From Roseiarcus sp. (GTDB lineage Bacteria; Pseudomonadota; Alphaproteobacteria; Rhizobiales; Beijerinckiaceae), in contig JBAUXQ010000121.1 in the NCBI GenBank assembly GCA_049584355.1, positions 1-56,927 on the forward strand: a stretch of DNA of 56,927 bases, written 5' to 3'. This document shows positions 1 to 10,152 of this stretch, piece after piece. The notes beneath the pieces were generated by a model that was given only the letters and a program-made list of their open reading frames with translations, did no database searches and had not been told where the DNA came from. Position 1 is the first letter of the stretch; every line of letters starts with the position of its first letter. Position numbers and translations under genes: made by a program.

Positions 1-597
1 ATGCGTGACGCCGTCGATCATCGCCACGTCGATCGTTTGGCCCTGTCCAGACTTTCGCGCCTCCAGCGCCGCCGCAAGCACGCCGACCGCCAAATAAAGC
101 GCCCCGCCGCCGAGATCCGCTACCAGATTGAGCGGCGGCGGAGGTGGGCGGTCCGCATCTCCGATTGAATGGAGCGCGCCGGTGAGCGCGAGATAGTTGA
201 TGTCGTGGCCCGCTTCCTGAGCGACAGGCCCGGTTTGACCCCAGCCGGTCATCCTTGCGTAGACAAGGCTGGGATTGGCCTTGCGACAGACCTCCGGCCC
301 GAGGCCAAGGCGCTCCATTACGCCGGGACGAAAGCCTTCGAACAGGACGTCGGCCTTCGTAACCAGTTGCAGCACTGTCGTCACGGCTGCCGGTTTTTTC
401 AGGTCGAGGGCAACGGAGCGCTTGTTGCGATTGTAGAAGTCGAAGCGCCGCTGGGTGTCGGGCTCGGCTCCCGCTCCAGCAACACGGTCGATGCGGACGA
501 CATCGGCCCCAAGATCTCCCAAGAGGCCGCCCGCGAAAGGGGTCGGGCCGATGCCGCCCATCTCGATGACCCGAAACCCCTGCAACGGTCCTGTCAC
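1..597 (-). CDS. CaiB/BaiF family CoA-transferase / alpha-methylacyl-CoA racemase-like (3' part beyond window edge)
   Basis: Manual translation from GTG at 597, which overlaps the upstream stop: [23 protein letters not shown]...[43 protein letters not shown], typical of class III CoA-transferases. Not in the ORF track because it runs off the edge. Confidence 0.88.
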   Translation of the reverse strand, partial: MTGPLQGFRVIEMGGIGPTPFAGGLLGDLGADVVRIDRVAGAGAEPDTQRRFDFYNRNKRSVALDLKKPAAVTTVLQLVTKADVLFEGFRPGVMERLGLGPEVCRKANPSLVYARMTGWGQTGPVAQEAGHDINYLALTGALHSIGDADRPPPPPLNLVADLGGGALYLAVGVLAAALEARKSGQGQTIDVAMIDGVTH

Positions 598-1844
598 GCG
601 GCGCTCCCCTGTTGACGATAGGCCTTCAATCCATCTCCGCGAAACGCGCAATCGCGCAGCCAAGGCGAAGGCGCGAAACGGACGCCATACGTGCGGGCGA
701 AAGTTTCGCAGGCAGTGACGAATGGCTCTAGGCCGAAGTCCTCCACCCAACGCAGAACGCCCCCAACTTTCTTGGGGAAGCCCAGCCCCAGAACGGAGGC
801 GGCGTCTGCGTCGTCGGCCGTGGCGATCCCGCCCTCTTCCAGGCAGCGGAGCGCTTCCCGCGCCTCCGCGACGAGTAGGCGCAGTTTGACGGTCTCAAGA
901 TCGGGTTGCCGCGCAGCGGGAGGGAAGGCTGCGGCGAGCTTTATCCACGGCGTTCTGAGCCCATCCGCAGGCCAATCGAAGAAGCCGCCGCCCGCGCGAC
1001 GACCGCCACGGCCCGATTCCAATAGATGCGCAAGCGCAGGCTCCGCGAGGGGCCGGCAAAAGCGCAGCTCCAACCCATCCGCGTGAGCCTGTCGCGCTTG
1101 CTGCAGATTGAGGCCGATGCCGGTCTCATCGAGCATCGCAAGCGGTCCCAGCGTGCGGCCGTTAGCCAGCGCTGCTTCTTCGATCAATGTCGGCGCGACC
1201 CCCTCGACGAGCATTGCGACGCCCTCGTCGAGATAAGCGGCGAAGACGCGGGTGGCGAAGAATCCGGGCCCGTCGCGAACCAGCACGGGCCTTTTGCCGA
1301 CGGCTTCGAGAAAGGCCAGCGCGGCGGCGATCGTCGTCTCGGCGGTCTCCGGACCTTTCACGACTTCAACAAGCGGCATTCGCTCGGCCGGCGAGAAGAA
1401 GTGCAGTCCGAGAAAGCGCTCGGGCGCGCGCAAAGTCGCGGCGAGACCCGCGATGGTCAATCCGGACGTGTTGGTGGCGACAATAGCGTTCGGCGCGGCG
1501 GCCTCGATCTGGGACAGAACCTCGGTTTTGAGCTGCCGATCTTCGGGAACGCTCTCGATCACCAGCGCGCAACCGGCGACGCCGTCCCGCGTGAGAGCCG
1601 AGGCCCTCACGCGGGACAAGATTGCGGCTTCGCTTGCACCGTCAAGCCGAGCGCGCGAAACCTGCCGCCGGAGCGAGGACGACAGTCTCTCGCGTCCCGC
1701 TTGCGCCGCCTCCACCGTCCGGCCACAGAGCCAGACTTCGATTCCCGCCGCGCCAAGCGCCTGCGCAATCCCGAGGCCCATTAGCCCGGGCCCTACTACG
1801 CCGACGCGGCGCGCCTTGGACTCAGCGGTGAAATGTGACGGCAT
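594..1844 (-). CDS. 3-hydroxyacyl-CoA dehydrogenase (FadB/FadJ C-terminal half as a stand-alone protein)
   Basis: [14 protein letters not shown]ossmann motif, [31 protein letters not shown]-terminal [12 protein letters not shown]. Start uncertain (1844-1859). Confidence 0.9.
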   Translation of the reverse strand: MPSHFTAESKARRVGVVGPGLMGLGIAQALGAAGIEVWLCGRTVEAAQAGRERLSSSLRRQVSRARLDGASEAAILSRVRASALTRDGVAGCALVIESVPEDRQLKTEVLSQIEAAAPNAIVATNTSGLTIAGLAATLRAPERFLGLHFFSPAERMPLVEVVKGPETAETTIAAALAFLEAVGKRPVLVRDGPGFFATRVFAAYLDEGVAMLVEGVAPTLIEEAALANGRTLGPLAMLDETGIGLNLQQARQAHADGLELRFCRPLAEPALAHLLESGRGGRRAGGGFFDWPADGLRTPWIKLAAAFPPAARQPDLETVKLRLLVAEAREALRCLEEGGIATADDADAASVLGLGFPKKVGGVLRWVEDFGLEPFVTACETFARTYGVRFAPSPWLRDCAFRGDGLKAYRQQGSAA

Positions 1845-2508
1845 CGTCGACATGCGCACGCCCGACGCGCGCAGCGTTCGCTTTCACGCTTGGGTCTTCG
1901 TACCCAAAGGAGATGCCGAAAAGCAGCTTGTAGTTCGGGGCCACGCCCAGATGTTGACGCACGATGTCTGGAAAAAGTCCAAGCGCTCCCTGCGCGCAAG
2001 ACGCGATGCCCCGCGCCGTCAGCGCCAGCATCAACGTCTGCGCGTACATGCCAATGTCGGTCGCCTCGCGCGTGTCAAAGGGCTCGGGCATGAAGATGAA
2101 GACGGCGTGCGGCGCGTCGAAGAAAGCGTGATTGCGGATATAGGCGATCTTGCGGCCGACGAGATCCCGCCGCTCAACGCCCATCGCGCCATAAAGCTTC
2201 TGTGCGGCATCGACCTGCCGCTCGCGATGGACGCCGCTGAACTTGCCCTCTGCCGGCCAGTCCGGCTTGATAGGCTCGTCACGCATGCCGGCCGCAACCA
2301 GCGCCTCGCGAAGCTTCTTCAGTTTGGCGCCCGTTACGACATGCGGCGCCCACGGCTGCACATTGCAATTCGAAGGCGCAAACTGCGCCAGTTCAAACAC
2401 TTCTCGTAGCGTCGTCTCCGGCACTTCGTCGGGCAGGAAGCCCCGCACGGATCGGCGGCGACGGATCGATTCGTCGACGCTCATCACGGTTCGCTTGTGC
2501 AGGCTCAC
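1822..2508 (-). CDS. Nitroreductase family flavoprotein
   Basis: IRRRRSVRGF, APSNCNVQPW, AQTLMLALTARGIASCAQG. Confidence 0.92.
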   Translation of the reverse strand: MSLHKRTVMSVDESIRRRRSVRGFLPDEVPETTLREVFELAQFAPSNCNVQPWAPHVVTGAKLKKLREALVAAGMRDEPIKPDWPAEGKFSGVHRERQVDAAQKLYGAMGVERRDLVGRKIAYIRNHAFFDAPHAVFIFMPEPFDTREATDIGMYAQTLMLALTARGIASCAQGALGLFPDIVRQHLGVAPNYKLLFGISFGYEDPSVKANAARVGRAHVDDAVTFHR

Positions 2509-3548
2509 GGCGCCTCCTCAATCAACCTGACGCCGCGCTTGGCGTAGGCGCGCGCGAGACGGCGTCCGATCCGCGCTGCGTCGGGCAGTTCGCTATTGCC
2601 GAGATCCCCGCGCGCCGCAACACCCGCGCTCCCGACCGCGCCACGGAACATCGCGAAGACCTGATGAAAGCGGGTCAGCCGCTCTTTGGCGCCCGACAGC
2701 GCGTAATAAAGCTCGAGATAATCGTGCTCGGAAGGAATGCCCATCTCTTCAAGAGGCAGGCCGAGCAGGCCGCCGTTCTCATCAGGCGCCATACGCCAGG
2801 CCTGACTGTTGAAGGCAAGATCGACGAGGGGATGTCCGAGTGTCGAAAGCTCCCAATCCAGCACGCCAATGACGCGCGGTTCGCTCTTGTGGAAAATCGC
2901 GTTGGCTATGCGGAAGTCGCCATGGCAGAGAGACAGCGCCTCACTTTCGGGTACGCGCTCAGAAAGCCAACGCACCACACGGTCGAGGTCCGGATTGTCG
3001 TCGTCGCCTCGCCGGAACTGCGCCCATTGGCTGGACCAGCGACTGAGCTGCCGCGCGAAATAGTTGCCTGGCTTACCGAAATCGCTAAGTCCGAGCGCGT
3101 GGTAGTCGAGCTTGTGGATGGCGGCGAGCGCCGCGCACATCGAGCGAAAAAGCTCTCGCCGCTCATCCGGTCGCAAGCCCGGCGTAGCGAACTCATGGAA
3201 GACGCGGCCATCGAGCCATTCCATCAGATAGAAAGGCGTCCCGATGACGTCGCGGTCCGCGCAGTAGCGAAAGGGCTTCGGCGTCGGCACGGCGGCGCCC
3301 TGAAGGGCCGTGAGCACGCGATACTCTCGGTCGATCGCATGCGCTGAGGGCATCAGGACGTTGTTCGGCTGCTTGCGCAACACCGCACGCCAGTCGCCGC
3401 GCTTTAGGAAATAGGTGGGATTCGACATACCCCCCTGCGTGCGCTGCACGCGAACAAGTTCGGAGCCGCCGAGCCAGCTCTTCAAGTATTCGTCGAGCCG
3501 GTCGACTTCGAAGTCGACGCCGCGATGAAGGGCGGCCGTCTGCGTCAT
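2505..3548 (-). CDS. APH/phosphotransferase family protein (ACAD10/11 kinase-domain-like)
   Basis: GGMSNPTY, SAHAIDREYRVL, LCHGDFRIANAIF, VLDWELSTLGHP. ATG at 3548 overlaps the ACAD stop (ATGA). Confidence 0.9.
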   Translation of the reverse strand: MTQTAALHRGVDFEVDRLDEYLKSWLGGSELVRVQRTQGGMSNPTYFLKRGDWRAVLRKQPNNVLMPSAHAIDREYRVLTALQGAAVPTPKPFRYCADRDVIGTPFYLMEWLDGRVFHEFATPGLRPDERRELFRSMCAALAAIHKLDYHALGLSDFGKPGNYFARQLSRWSSQWAQFRRGDDDNPDLDRVVRWLSERVPESEALSLCHGDFRIANAIFHKSEPRVIGVLDWELSTLGHPLVDLAFNSQAWRMAPDENGGLLGLPLEEMGIPSEHDYLELYYALSGAKERLTRFHQVFAMFRGAVGSAGVAARGDLGNSELPDAARIGRRLARAYAKRGVRLIEEAP

Positions 3549-4795
3549 GCGGCACTCGCGCGTTTGCCGCCGAAGCCGAACAGATATTGCGCGACCCGCC
3601 GCATCTGCACCTCCTCCGTGCCCTCGGTGATGCGGTAGCGGCGGTGGTGGCGATAGATATGTTCGAACGGCAGCGCGCGGCTGTAGCCGATCCCGCCGTG
3701 CACCTGCATCGCGCGGTCCGCCGCCTCGCAGCAAAGGCGGTTCGCGCGGAAATTGCAGATCGACACCATGTCGCTGATCTCCAGCGGGTTCTGCCGGTCC
3801 ATCTGCCAGGCGGTACGGAAGATGTAGTTGCGCACCATCTCGTACTCGGCCCAGAGCTCGACCAGCGGGAACTGGATCGCCTGCTTCTTGGCGAGCGGCT
3901 CGCCGAAAGCGACACGTGTCCTGGCGTACTTGACCGCCTCCTGGATACAGTAGCGGGCGGCGCCGGCGCTAGCGGCGGCCTGGCGGATGCGGTTCTCGTG
4001 GACGAAGCGCTGCGCGACGACGAGGCCTTCGCCCTCTTTGTGTAGAATCGCGCTGTTCGGCACGCGCACGTTCTTGAGCTCCGTTTCCGCGTGGTCGGTC
4101 GGCATGTTGAACGTCCAGTGGTTGTAAAGGACGTTGTGGCCGGGCGTGTCCGTAGGCACAATGAAAGCGGTGATGCCCTTGGCTTCGCCCGGCTTCCCCG
4201 ACGTGCGGGCGAAGACGAGATTGGCGTGCGCGCGCGCGACCTGGCTGTTCCAGCGCTTGAGCCCGTTCAGAATCCAGTGGTCGCCGTCGCGAACGCCGAT
4301 CGTCTCCAGCCACGTCGCGTCGCTGCCGTGACCGGGCTCTGTCAAACCGAAAGATAGATGCTTCTTCCCAGTAAGGATGCCTTCGATATAGGTCTTCTGC
4401 TCCTCGGTCCCGTAGTCGGCGAGCGCCGGAATGATCGGGAAATTGCCGACGATAGAGGATTCGTCCTGCAGGTCGTTGTGCAGGCCGAGCCCCTTGGCGG
4501 CGAGGTGCTCGCGAATCGCCGCGATGGCAAGATTGGAGGCCGCCGAGCCGCCGCAGGATTTCGGCAGTCCGTAGCGCAAATGGCTGGCCTTGTCGGCGCG
4601 ATGCTCCATTTCAGAAATCAGTGCGCGCCATTCCGCCCGCGGACGCCCGTCGTGATCCCAGTCCGTCCGAGCATGCTCGCGCCGGTGGTCGAAGAACTGC
4701 ATATTCTCCCGCTCGAGCGGCTTGATTTCGGCCTCGATGAACGCGTCGAGCTCCGCAAGCTTGTCGATGATCTCCTTGGGCAGGTCGAAGTCCAC
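3545..4795 (-). CDS. Acyl-CoA dehydrogenase
   Basis: FGLTEPGHGSDA, WILNGLKRW, AMQVHGGIGYS, RITEGTEEVQ. GTG start 8 nt after GAGGGAG. Confidence 0.92.
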   Translation of the reverse strand: MDFDLPKEIIDKLAELDAFIEAEIKPLERENMQFFDHRREHARTDWDHDGRPRAEWRALISEMEHRADKASHLRYGLPKSCGGSAASNLAIAAIREHLAAKGLGLHNDLQDESSIVGNFPIIPALADYGTEEQKTYIEGILTGKKHLSFGLTEPGHGSDATWLETIGVRDGDHWILNGLKRWNSQVARAHANLVFARTSGKPGEAKGITAFIVPTDTPGHNVLYNHWTFNMPTDHAETELKNVRVPNSAILHKEGEGLVVAQRFVHENRIRQAAASAGAARYCIQEAVKYARTRVAFGEPLAKKQAIQFPLVELWAEYEMVRNYIFRTAWQMDRQNPLEISDMVSICNFRANRLCCEAADRAMQVHGGIGYSRALPFEHIYRHHRRYRITEGTEEVQMRRVAQYLFGFGGKRASAA

Positions 4796-4849
4796 AGGCA
4801 CGTCTCCCTCTGCGTCACATTTGACTTCAGACAAACACTAAGCCAACAC

Positions 4850-4878
4850 ATAGTAAGCTTGTTTACTAAATCCGTCAA
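4850..4878 (-). promoter_or_regulatory. Sigma70-type promoter with overlapping 18-bp palindromic operator (4851-4868)
   Basis: Minus strand TTGACG-N17-TACTAT. The palindrome TAGTAAGCTTGTTTACTA covers the spacer and -10. Confidence 0.75.
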
Positions 4879-4891
4879 GCGAGAAAAGCGA

Positions 4892-5683
4892 TCAGGATGG
4901 CAGCGCGATCCGCCCGTAAGGGTGCGTGCTGCTGACGCCGCCATCGACCGAAAGCAATTGCCCGTCCACATAGGATGAATCGTCGCTGGCGAGGAACGCG
5001 GCGGCAGCCGCGATTTCCTCGGCCCGGCCGGGACGCTTGAGCGGCGTCACTTGGCCGAGCTTTCCCTCGATGCCGCGAGCCCGCGCGTCCTCGAACATTT
5101 TGCGCGTCAATTGCGTTTCGACGAGGCCGGGCAGGACTGCGTTCACCCGCACGCCGGTTCCGGCGAACGCGTTGGCTGCAGTCTGCGCGAGATTGTTCAC
5201 CGCCGCCTTGCTCGCACTGTAGGATATCGCGCCCGCGTTGGCCCGCAACGACGCAGCCGAAGAAGTGAGGATTATCGAGCCGTACCCCTTCGCCGTCATG
5301 TGGCGGCCCGCGTATTTTATGGCAAGGAAACAGCTGATTGTGTTTATCCGGTAGACCTCCTCCCACTCGTCTACCGTCTGTTCCAACAGCGGCGTGTTCG
5401 TGCCGGTGACGCCGATATTGGCGAAGAACACTTCGAGCCCGCCGAGCTCACTGACGCAGCGCTCGACGATCGCAGCGACGTTCTCTTCCTTGGACGCGTC
5501 GGTGATCATGCCCGACGCGGCGCCGCCTTCGGCGCGGATCGCCTCGACCGTCTCGTTTGTGTTGGCGGCGCGTCCGACGACGAGCATGGCTGCGCCCTCC
5601 CTTGCGAAGCGGATCGCGCTTGCGCGACCAATGCCGCTGCCGCCGCCCGTGACGACGGCACGCTTGCCTTCGAGCCGCTTCAT
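4892..5683 (-). CDS. SDR family oxidoreductase
   Basis: VTGGGSGIG, YSASKAA catalytic motif, VRVNAVLPG. Confidence 0.93.
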   Translation of the reverse strand: MKRLEGKRAVVTGGGSGIGRASAIRFAREGAAMLVVGRAANTNETVEAIRAEGGAASGMITDASKEENVAAIVERCVSELGGLEVFFANIGVTGTNTPLLEQTVDEWEEVYRINTISCFLAIKYAGRHMTAKGYGSIILTSSAASLRANAGAISYSASKAAVNNLAQTAANAFAGTGVRVNAVLPGLVETQLTRKMFEDARARGIEGKLGQVTPLKRPGRAEEIAAAAAFLASDDSSYVDGQLLSVDGGVSSTHPYGRIALPS

Positions 5684-5692
5684 GCCTTGCTC

Positions 5693-6454
5693 CTATCTGG
5701 CAGGAACCGTCCAGCCGCCATCCGCCACGATGACGGCGCCCTGCACGTAGCTCGCGTCGTCGCTCGCGAGGAACGTGGCGAGAGACGCGATCTCGTCTGG
5801 CTCTCCGAACCGACCGAGCGGCATCTCCGCCTGTCTGGTCTCGATGGTCGCCTCATCGAACTGGGCGATCGAGGCCGGCGTGCCGATCATGCCCGGGCAG
5901 ATCGCGTTGACACGGATCTTCTTCGGGCTGAGCTCGACAGCTGCCGCCCGAGAAAGCCCGATGACGCCAGCCTTCAGCGCAGAATAGGCGATCGAGTGCT
6001 TGGCCGGGTGAAGGGCAGAGACCGAGCTCAGATTGATAATCGAGCCGCCGCCTCGCTTTTCCATCTGAGCCGCCGCCGCCTGCATCGTCCAGAAAAGACC
6101 CTCCACGCCGACCGCAAGCATGCGTTCGGCCGTCTCGACGTCGATCTCGGCGAGCGGCTGAAACCGGGCCCAGACGGCGTTGTTGACGAGCACGGCCGCC
6201 GGCGCGTCGAAGTCGGCTTCGAGGCGCGCGAACGTGGCATGCACGTCTTCCCGTCGGCCGACGTCGAGTGTGTAGCCGCGGACTTCAAAGCCATTCGTCT
6301 TAAGGCCCTCAACGGCAGGTTCCAGTCGGCGCGCGCTGACATCCACGGCGGCGATGCGTCCCCCCTCGCGTCCGAAACGCTCCGCAATGGCAAGCCCGAT
6401 TCCGCGCGCGGCGCCGGTCACGACGCAAACCCGATTCTTCAGCCGGGCGCTCAA
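5693..6454 (-). CDS. SDR family oxidoreductase
   Basis: TTG start overlapping the ligase stop. VTGAARGIG, LVNNA, YSALKAG, IRVNAICPG. Confidence 0.9.
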   Translation of the reverse strand: MSARLKNRVCVVTGAARGIGLAIAERFGREGGRIAAVDVSARRLEPAVEGLKTNGFEVRGYTLDVGRREDVHATFARLEADFDAPAAVLVNNAVWARFQPLAEIDVETAERMLAVGVEGLFWTMQAAAAQMEKRGGGSIINLSSVSALHPAKHSIAYSALKAGVIGLSRAAAVELSPKKIRVNAICPGMIGTPASIAQFDEATIETRQAEMPLGRFGEPDEIASLATFLASDDASYVQGAVIVADGGWTVPAR

Positions 6455-8109
6455 GCTCTCGCCCTCTGCCCTGGGTCGCCGAACGCCTTCGCCTTTTCGC
6501 GCAAGTCGAACTTTTGTACCTTGCCAGTAGGTGTCTTTGGCAGATCTGCAACTATTTCCACGCGTTCGGGCCAATACTGCTTGGCGACCTTGTGATCGGC
6601 CATATAGGCTTGCACCGCTTTCAGATCGAGGGCGTGGCCCGGCCTCAACACAACGAAGGCGCAAACCCTCTCTCCGAGACGCGAGTCAGGATATCCGACC
6701 AGCGCCGCGGCCAGCACTGCGGGGTTCTTGAACAGCAGGTTCTCGATCTCCACCACCGGCACATTCTCGCCGCCGCGAATGACGACGTCCTTGATGCGGC
6801 CATTGATGCGGATGTAGCCCTCGTCGTCTATGTAAGCGAGATCGCCGGTATCGAACCAACCCTCCGAGTCGAACGGCTCCAAATCGGGACGCTTGTGGTA
6901 GCCCAGAAACATCTGCGCGCCGCGCACCATGAGGACGCTCGTTTCACCGACGGGCGCGGAGGAGCCATCGGCCCTGACCACCTTGACGGCCACGCCGGCC
7001 ACTGGACGTCCATCCGTTGTGGACGACTTCTCAAGAGCGCGCTCCGGCTCCGTCAGGGTGCTCGCGAGCGCTTCCGTCATGCCCCACTGTGAACAGACTT
7101 TCACGTCGAGTTCACGGAAGGCCCGATCAATCAGCGCGGGCGGAATCGGCGCGCCGGCGCAAAGGAACTTGCGCAGCTTTGCCGGCTTCGGCGCCCCCGC
7201 CGCGACCGCCTCGCACATATCGGCAAGGAAAGTGGTGGCGCCGGCGGAGAAAGTGACGTCGTTGGCGGCCATGAGTGTCACGCCCCGGTTCGGCTCCCAG
7301 ATGTCCTGGAAAACAACGGTCGCGCCAATCCTCAGGCCGAGCAGCATCCCCGCGGCGAAGCCGGTCATATGGCCGAGCGGCGAGCAGACGAGCAGCGCGT
7401 CGTGGGCGTCGAGGGCGAGACGCTCCGCAATCGAATCAGTGCAGGCGATCAGCGTGTTTAGGCTGTGCATCGCGCCCTTGGGCGAGCCGGTCGTGCCCGA
7501 CGTGAACATCAGCACGGCCATTTCGTCCGGGGGAAGACCGCCAATCCCGCCGATGGGCGCGGGCGCGAGCCGCTCTTCGCCTGACAGCAGCGCCGTGTCG
7601 AAACCCATCGCGCCCTGGCCCTCGACGACCAAGACGTGCTCAAGCTTCGGCAAGGACGGCTGAAGAGATTTCGCCATCGCGGCGTGGTCGAAGCCACGAA
7701 AAAGCCGCGGGACCACAAGCACTTTGGTCTCGGCGAAGTCGAGGATGTAGCTCAATTCGCGTTCGCGGAAGATCGGCATCAGCGGGTTGACGACGGCGCC
7801 AACGCGGAACGCCGCGAGCACGACGACCGCAAACTCCCACCAGTTCGGCAATTGCACCGAAATGATGTCGCCGCGGCCGACGCCCAGGCGCTTCAAAGAA
7901 GCTGCCGCGCGAGCGACCGCATCGCCGAGTTCGGCGTAACTGAAATGGCGTTTCTCGGACCGATCGGACCGGTCCGCGATAAGAGCGAGCTTGTCAGGCG
8001 TGCGGGCGATGGTCCCCTGAAGGAACTCGTCGTAACTCTTGTCGACCCAGAAGCCAGCCTCCCGCATCGTCTTGGCGTGGGCGATGGGATCGAAGCGCGT
8101 TCCAGCCAT
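6451..8109 (-). CDS. aliA: Cyclohexanecarboxylate-CoA ligase-like AMP-binding enzyme (copy 2)
   Basis: FTSGTTGSPKG, WGMTE, FDTGDL, IRGGENVPVVEIE, KQYWPER. AliA-like sequence in a badHI/aliB context. Confidence 0.85.
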   Translation of the reverse strand: MAGTRFDPIAHAKTMREAGFWVDKSYDEFLQGTIARTPDKLALIADRSDRSEKRHFSYAELGDAVARAAASLKRLGVGRGDIISVQLPNWWEFAVVVLAAFRVGAVVNPLMPIFRERELSYILDFAETKVLVVPRLFRGFDHAAMAKSLQPSLPKLEHVLVVEGQGAMGFDTALLSGEERLAPAPIGGIGGLPPDEMAVLMFTSGTTGSPKGAMHSLNTLIACTDSIAERLALDAHDALLVCSPLGHMTGFAAGMLLGLRIGATVVFQDIWEPNRGVTLMAANDVTFSAGATTFLADMCEAVAAGAPKPAKLRKFLCAGAPIPPALIDRAFRELDVKVCSQWGMTEALASTLTEPERALEKSSTTDGRPVAGVAVKVVRADGSSAPVGETSVLMVRGAQMFLGYHKRPDLEPFDSEGWFDTGDLAYIDDEGYIRINGRIKDVVIRGGENVPVVEIENLLFKNPAVLAAALVGYPDSRLGERVCAFVVLRPGHALDLKAVQAYMADHKVAKQYWPERVEIVADLPKTPTGKVQKFDLREKAKAFGDPGQRARA

Positions 8110-8148
8110 CTGTTCCTTCCGCATGCGCTCGGCTCCCCCAAGGCAATC

Positions 8149-8166
8149 TAGTTAGCTAGCTTACTA
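8149..8166. promoter_or_regulatory. 18-bp palindromic operator upstream of aliA copy 2
   Basis: TAGTTAGCTAGCTTACTA. TTGACT hexamer on the minus strand at 8189-8194. Confidence 0.72.
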
Positions 8167-8316
8167 TACTTCTCGGCGGACGAGGCCAAGTCAAGCGAAT
8201 TCTGCGGCTGTTTCTCATGTCAACTCCCCCGGCCTGAAAGCGAAGGGCCCGGCGAGATCCGCCCTGTAGCCGGATGCGTTGACGGATGAGGGTTGGCGTA
8301 TCCGCGCGCCCGCGGC

Positions 8317-8373
8317 GATTCCCCGCGCCGCGCCCGTCACGACGCAGACCCGATCGCCCAGTCGGAAGCTCAG
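8317..8373 (-). pseudogene. N-terminal remnant of a duplicated SDR gene
   Basis: LSFRLGDRVCVVTGAARGI overlaps the aliA copy 1 stop and matches LSARLKNRVCVVTGAARGI at 6454. Similarity then ends. Confidence 0.8.
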
Positions 8374-10028
8374 GCGCTCGCCCGTTGTGAAACGTCGCCG
8401 AAGGCCTTGGCCTGCTCGCGCAAGAGGAATTTCTGCACCTTGCCGGCCGGCGTCCTGGGGAGATCGGCGACGATCTCCACATGCTCGGGCCAATATTGTT
8501 TGGCGACCTTGTTCTCAGCCAGATAGGCCTGCATTGCTTTCAGATCGAGGCTATGTCCAGGCCTCACCGCGATGAAGGCGCAAGCCTTTTCCCCAAGACG
8601 CGAGTCGGGATATCCGACCAGCGCTGCGGACAGCACTGCGGGGTGCTTGAACAGCAGGTTCTCGATTTCCACGACCGGCACATTCTCGCCGCCTCGAATG
8701 ACGACGTCCTTGGTGCGGCCATTAATGCGGATGTAGCCGTCGTCGTCCATGTAGGCGAGGTCGCCCGTGTCGAACCAGCCTTCCGCATCGAACGGCTCCA
8801 TTTCTGGGCGTTTGTAGTAGCCGAGGCACATTTGGGCGCCGCGCACCATGAGAAGACCGGTTTCGCCGAGGGGCGCGACACCGCCGTCCAAGCGGACGAC
8901 CTTAACGGCGACGCCTTCCAGCGGCCGACCGTCCGTTTTGGACGACTTCTCTAGCGCGCGTTCCGGCTCCGTCAGCGTGCTCGAAAGCGATTCCGTCATG
9001 CCCCAGAGCGAGCAGACTTTGAGATCGAGCTCACGGTAGACGCGGTCGATCAACGCAGGCGGAATCGGCGCCCCGGCGCAGAGGAACTTGCGAAGCTCGG
9101 CCGGCTTCGGCGCGCCCGCTGCAACCGCCTCGCACATGTCGGCGAGAAAGGTGGCGGCGCCGGCGGAATAGGTCGCGCCCTCGGCGGCCATGATCGTCAC
9201 GCCACGTTTCGGCTCCCACACGTCCTGGAAAATGACGGTCGCGCCAATCTTGAGGCCGAGGAGCATTCCGGCGGCGAAGCCCGTCATATGGCCGAGCGGC
9301 GAGCAAACGAGCATCGTATCGCTCTCGTCGAGACCGAAACGACCGGCGAGCGCGATGTTGCAGGCCACCAGCGTATTCAGGCAGTGCATCACACCCTTGG
9401 GGGAGCCGGTGGTGCCCGAGGTGAACATCAGCACGGCCATCTCGTCGGGGGGCAGCGCGCCGATTTCGCCGATCGGCGGCGGCTCAAAGCGTTCTCGTCC
9501 GGAGAGCAGCGCGGCGTCGAAGCTTGACTCCCCGTCGCCGTCGACCGCGATGATATGCTTGAGCTTCGGCAGGGACGGCTGGAGCGACTTCGCCATCGCC
9601 TCATGATCGAAACCGCGAAACAGCTTCGGCGCGATGAACGCCTTGGTCCCCGCGAAGTCGAGCATGTAGCTCAATTCGTGCTCGCGGAAAATCGGCATCA
9701 AAGGGTTGACGACGGCGCCGACGCGAAACGCCGCGAGCGCGATCACCGCGGACTCCCACCAGTTCGGGAGTTGCACCGACACGACGTCGCCGCGACCGAT
9801 GCCGAGCCGCTTCAGCGAAGCGGCGGCGCGAGCGATCAGATCGCCGAGTTCGACGTAAGTGAACCGGCGTTTCTCGACGCGATCCGACCTGTCCGCCAGC
9901 AGCGCGAGCTTGTCAGGCGTGCGAGCGATCGTCTGCTGCAGGAACTCGTCGTAGTTCTTGTCAATCCAAAAGCCGTCGTGGCGCATCGCCTTGGCGTGGG
10001 CGACGGGATCGAAGTGCGTTCCAGCCAT
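8370..10028 (-). CDS. aliA: Cyclohexanecarboxylate-CoA ligase-like AMP-binding enzyme (copy 1)
   Basis: Same motifs as copy 2. Collinear, highly similar paralog of 552 aa. Confidence 0.85.
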   Translation of the reverse strand: MAGTHFDPVAHAKAMRHDGFWIDKNYDEFLQQTIARTPDKLALLADRSDRVEKRRFTYVELGDLIARAAASLKRLGIGRGDVVSVQLPNWWESAVIALAAFRVGAVVNPLMPIFREHELSYMLDFAGTKAFIAPKLFRGFDHEAMAKSLQPSLPKLKHIIAVDGDGESSFDAALLSGRERFEPPPIGEIGALPPDEMAVLMFTSGTTGSPKGVMHCLNTLVACNIALAGRFGLDESDTMLVCSPLGHMTGFAAGMLLGLKIGATVIFQDVWEPKRGVTIMAAEGATYSAGAATFLADMCEAVAAGAPKPAELRKFLCAGAPIPPALIDRVYRELDLKVCSLWGMTESLSSTLTEPERALEKSSKTDGRPLEGVAVKVVRLDGGVAPLGETGLLMVRGAQMCLGYYKRPEMEPFDAEGWFDTGDLAYMDDDGYIRINGRTKDVVIRGGENVPVVEIENLLFKHPAVLSAALVGYPDSRLGEKACAFIAVRPGHSLDLKAMQAYLAENKVAKQYWPEHVEIVADLPRTPAGKVQKFLLREQAKAFGDVSQRASA

Positions 10029-10063
10029 GGTTTCCTCCCAGGCGCGAGGCCGCTCAGGGCATC

Positions 10064-10081
10064 TCGTTAACTAGCTTACTA
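10064..10081. promoter_or_regulatory. 18-bp palindromic operator upstream of aliA copy 1
   Basis: TCGTTAACTAGCTTACTA. The same GCCAAGTCAAGC element (minus-strand TTGACT) lies nearby, as in copy 2. Confidence 0.7.
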
Positions 10082-10152
10082 TCCGACAGGCTGCAGCCAA
10101 GTCAAGCCGACACTCGCGCGCTTGTCGCGGAGCACGGTCCGGCCTTCGGACG

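Noticed and set aside
5051..6595. Long plus-strand ORFs (also 11032-12777 and 51290-52729) and other antisense or alternate-frame ORFs
   Set aside because: Shadows of well-supported genes in GC-rich DNA, with no recognisable motifs.
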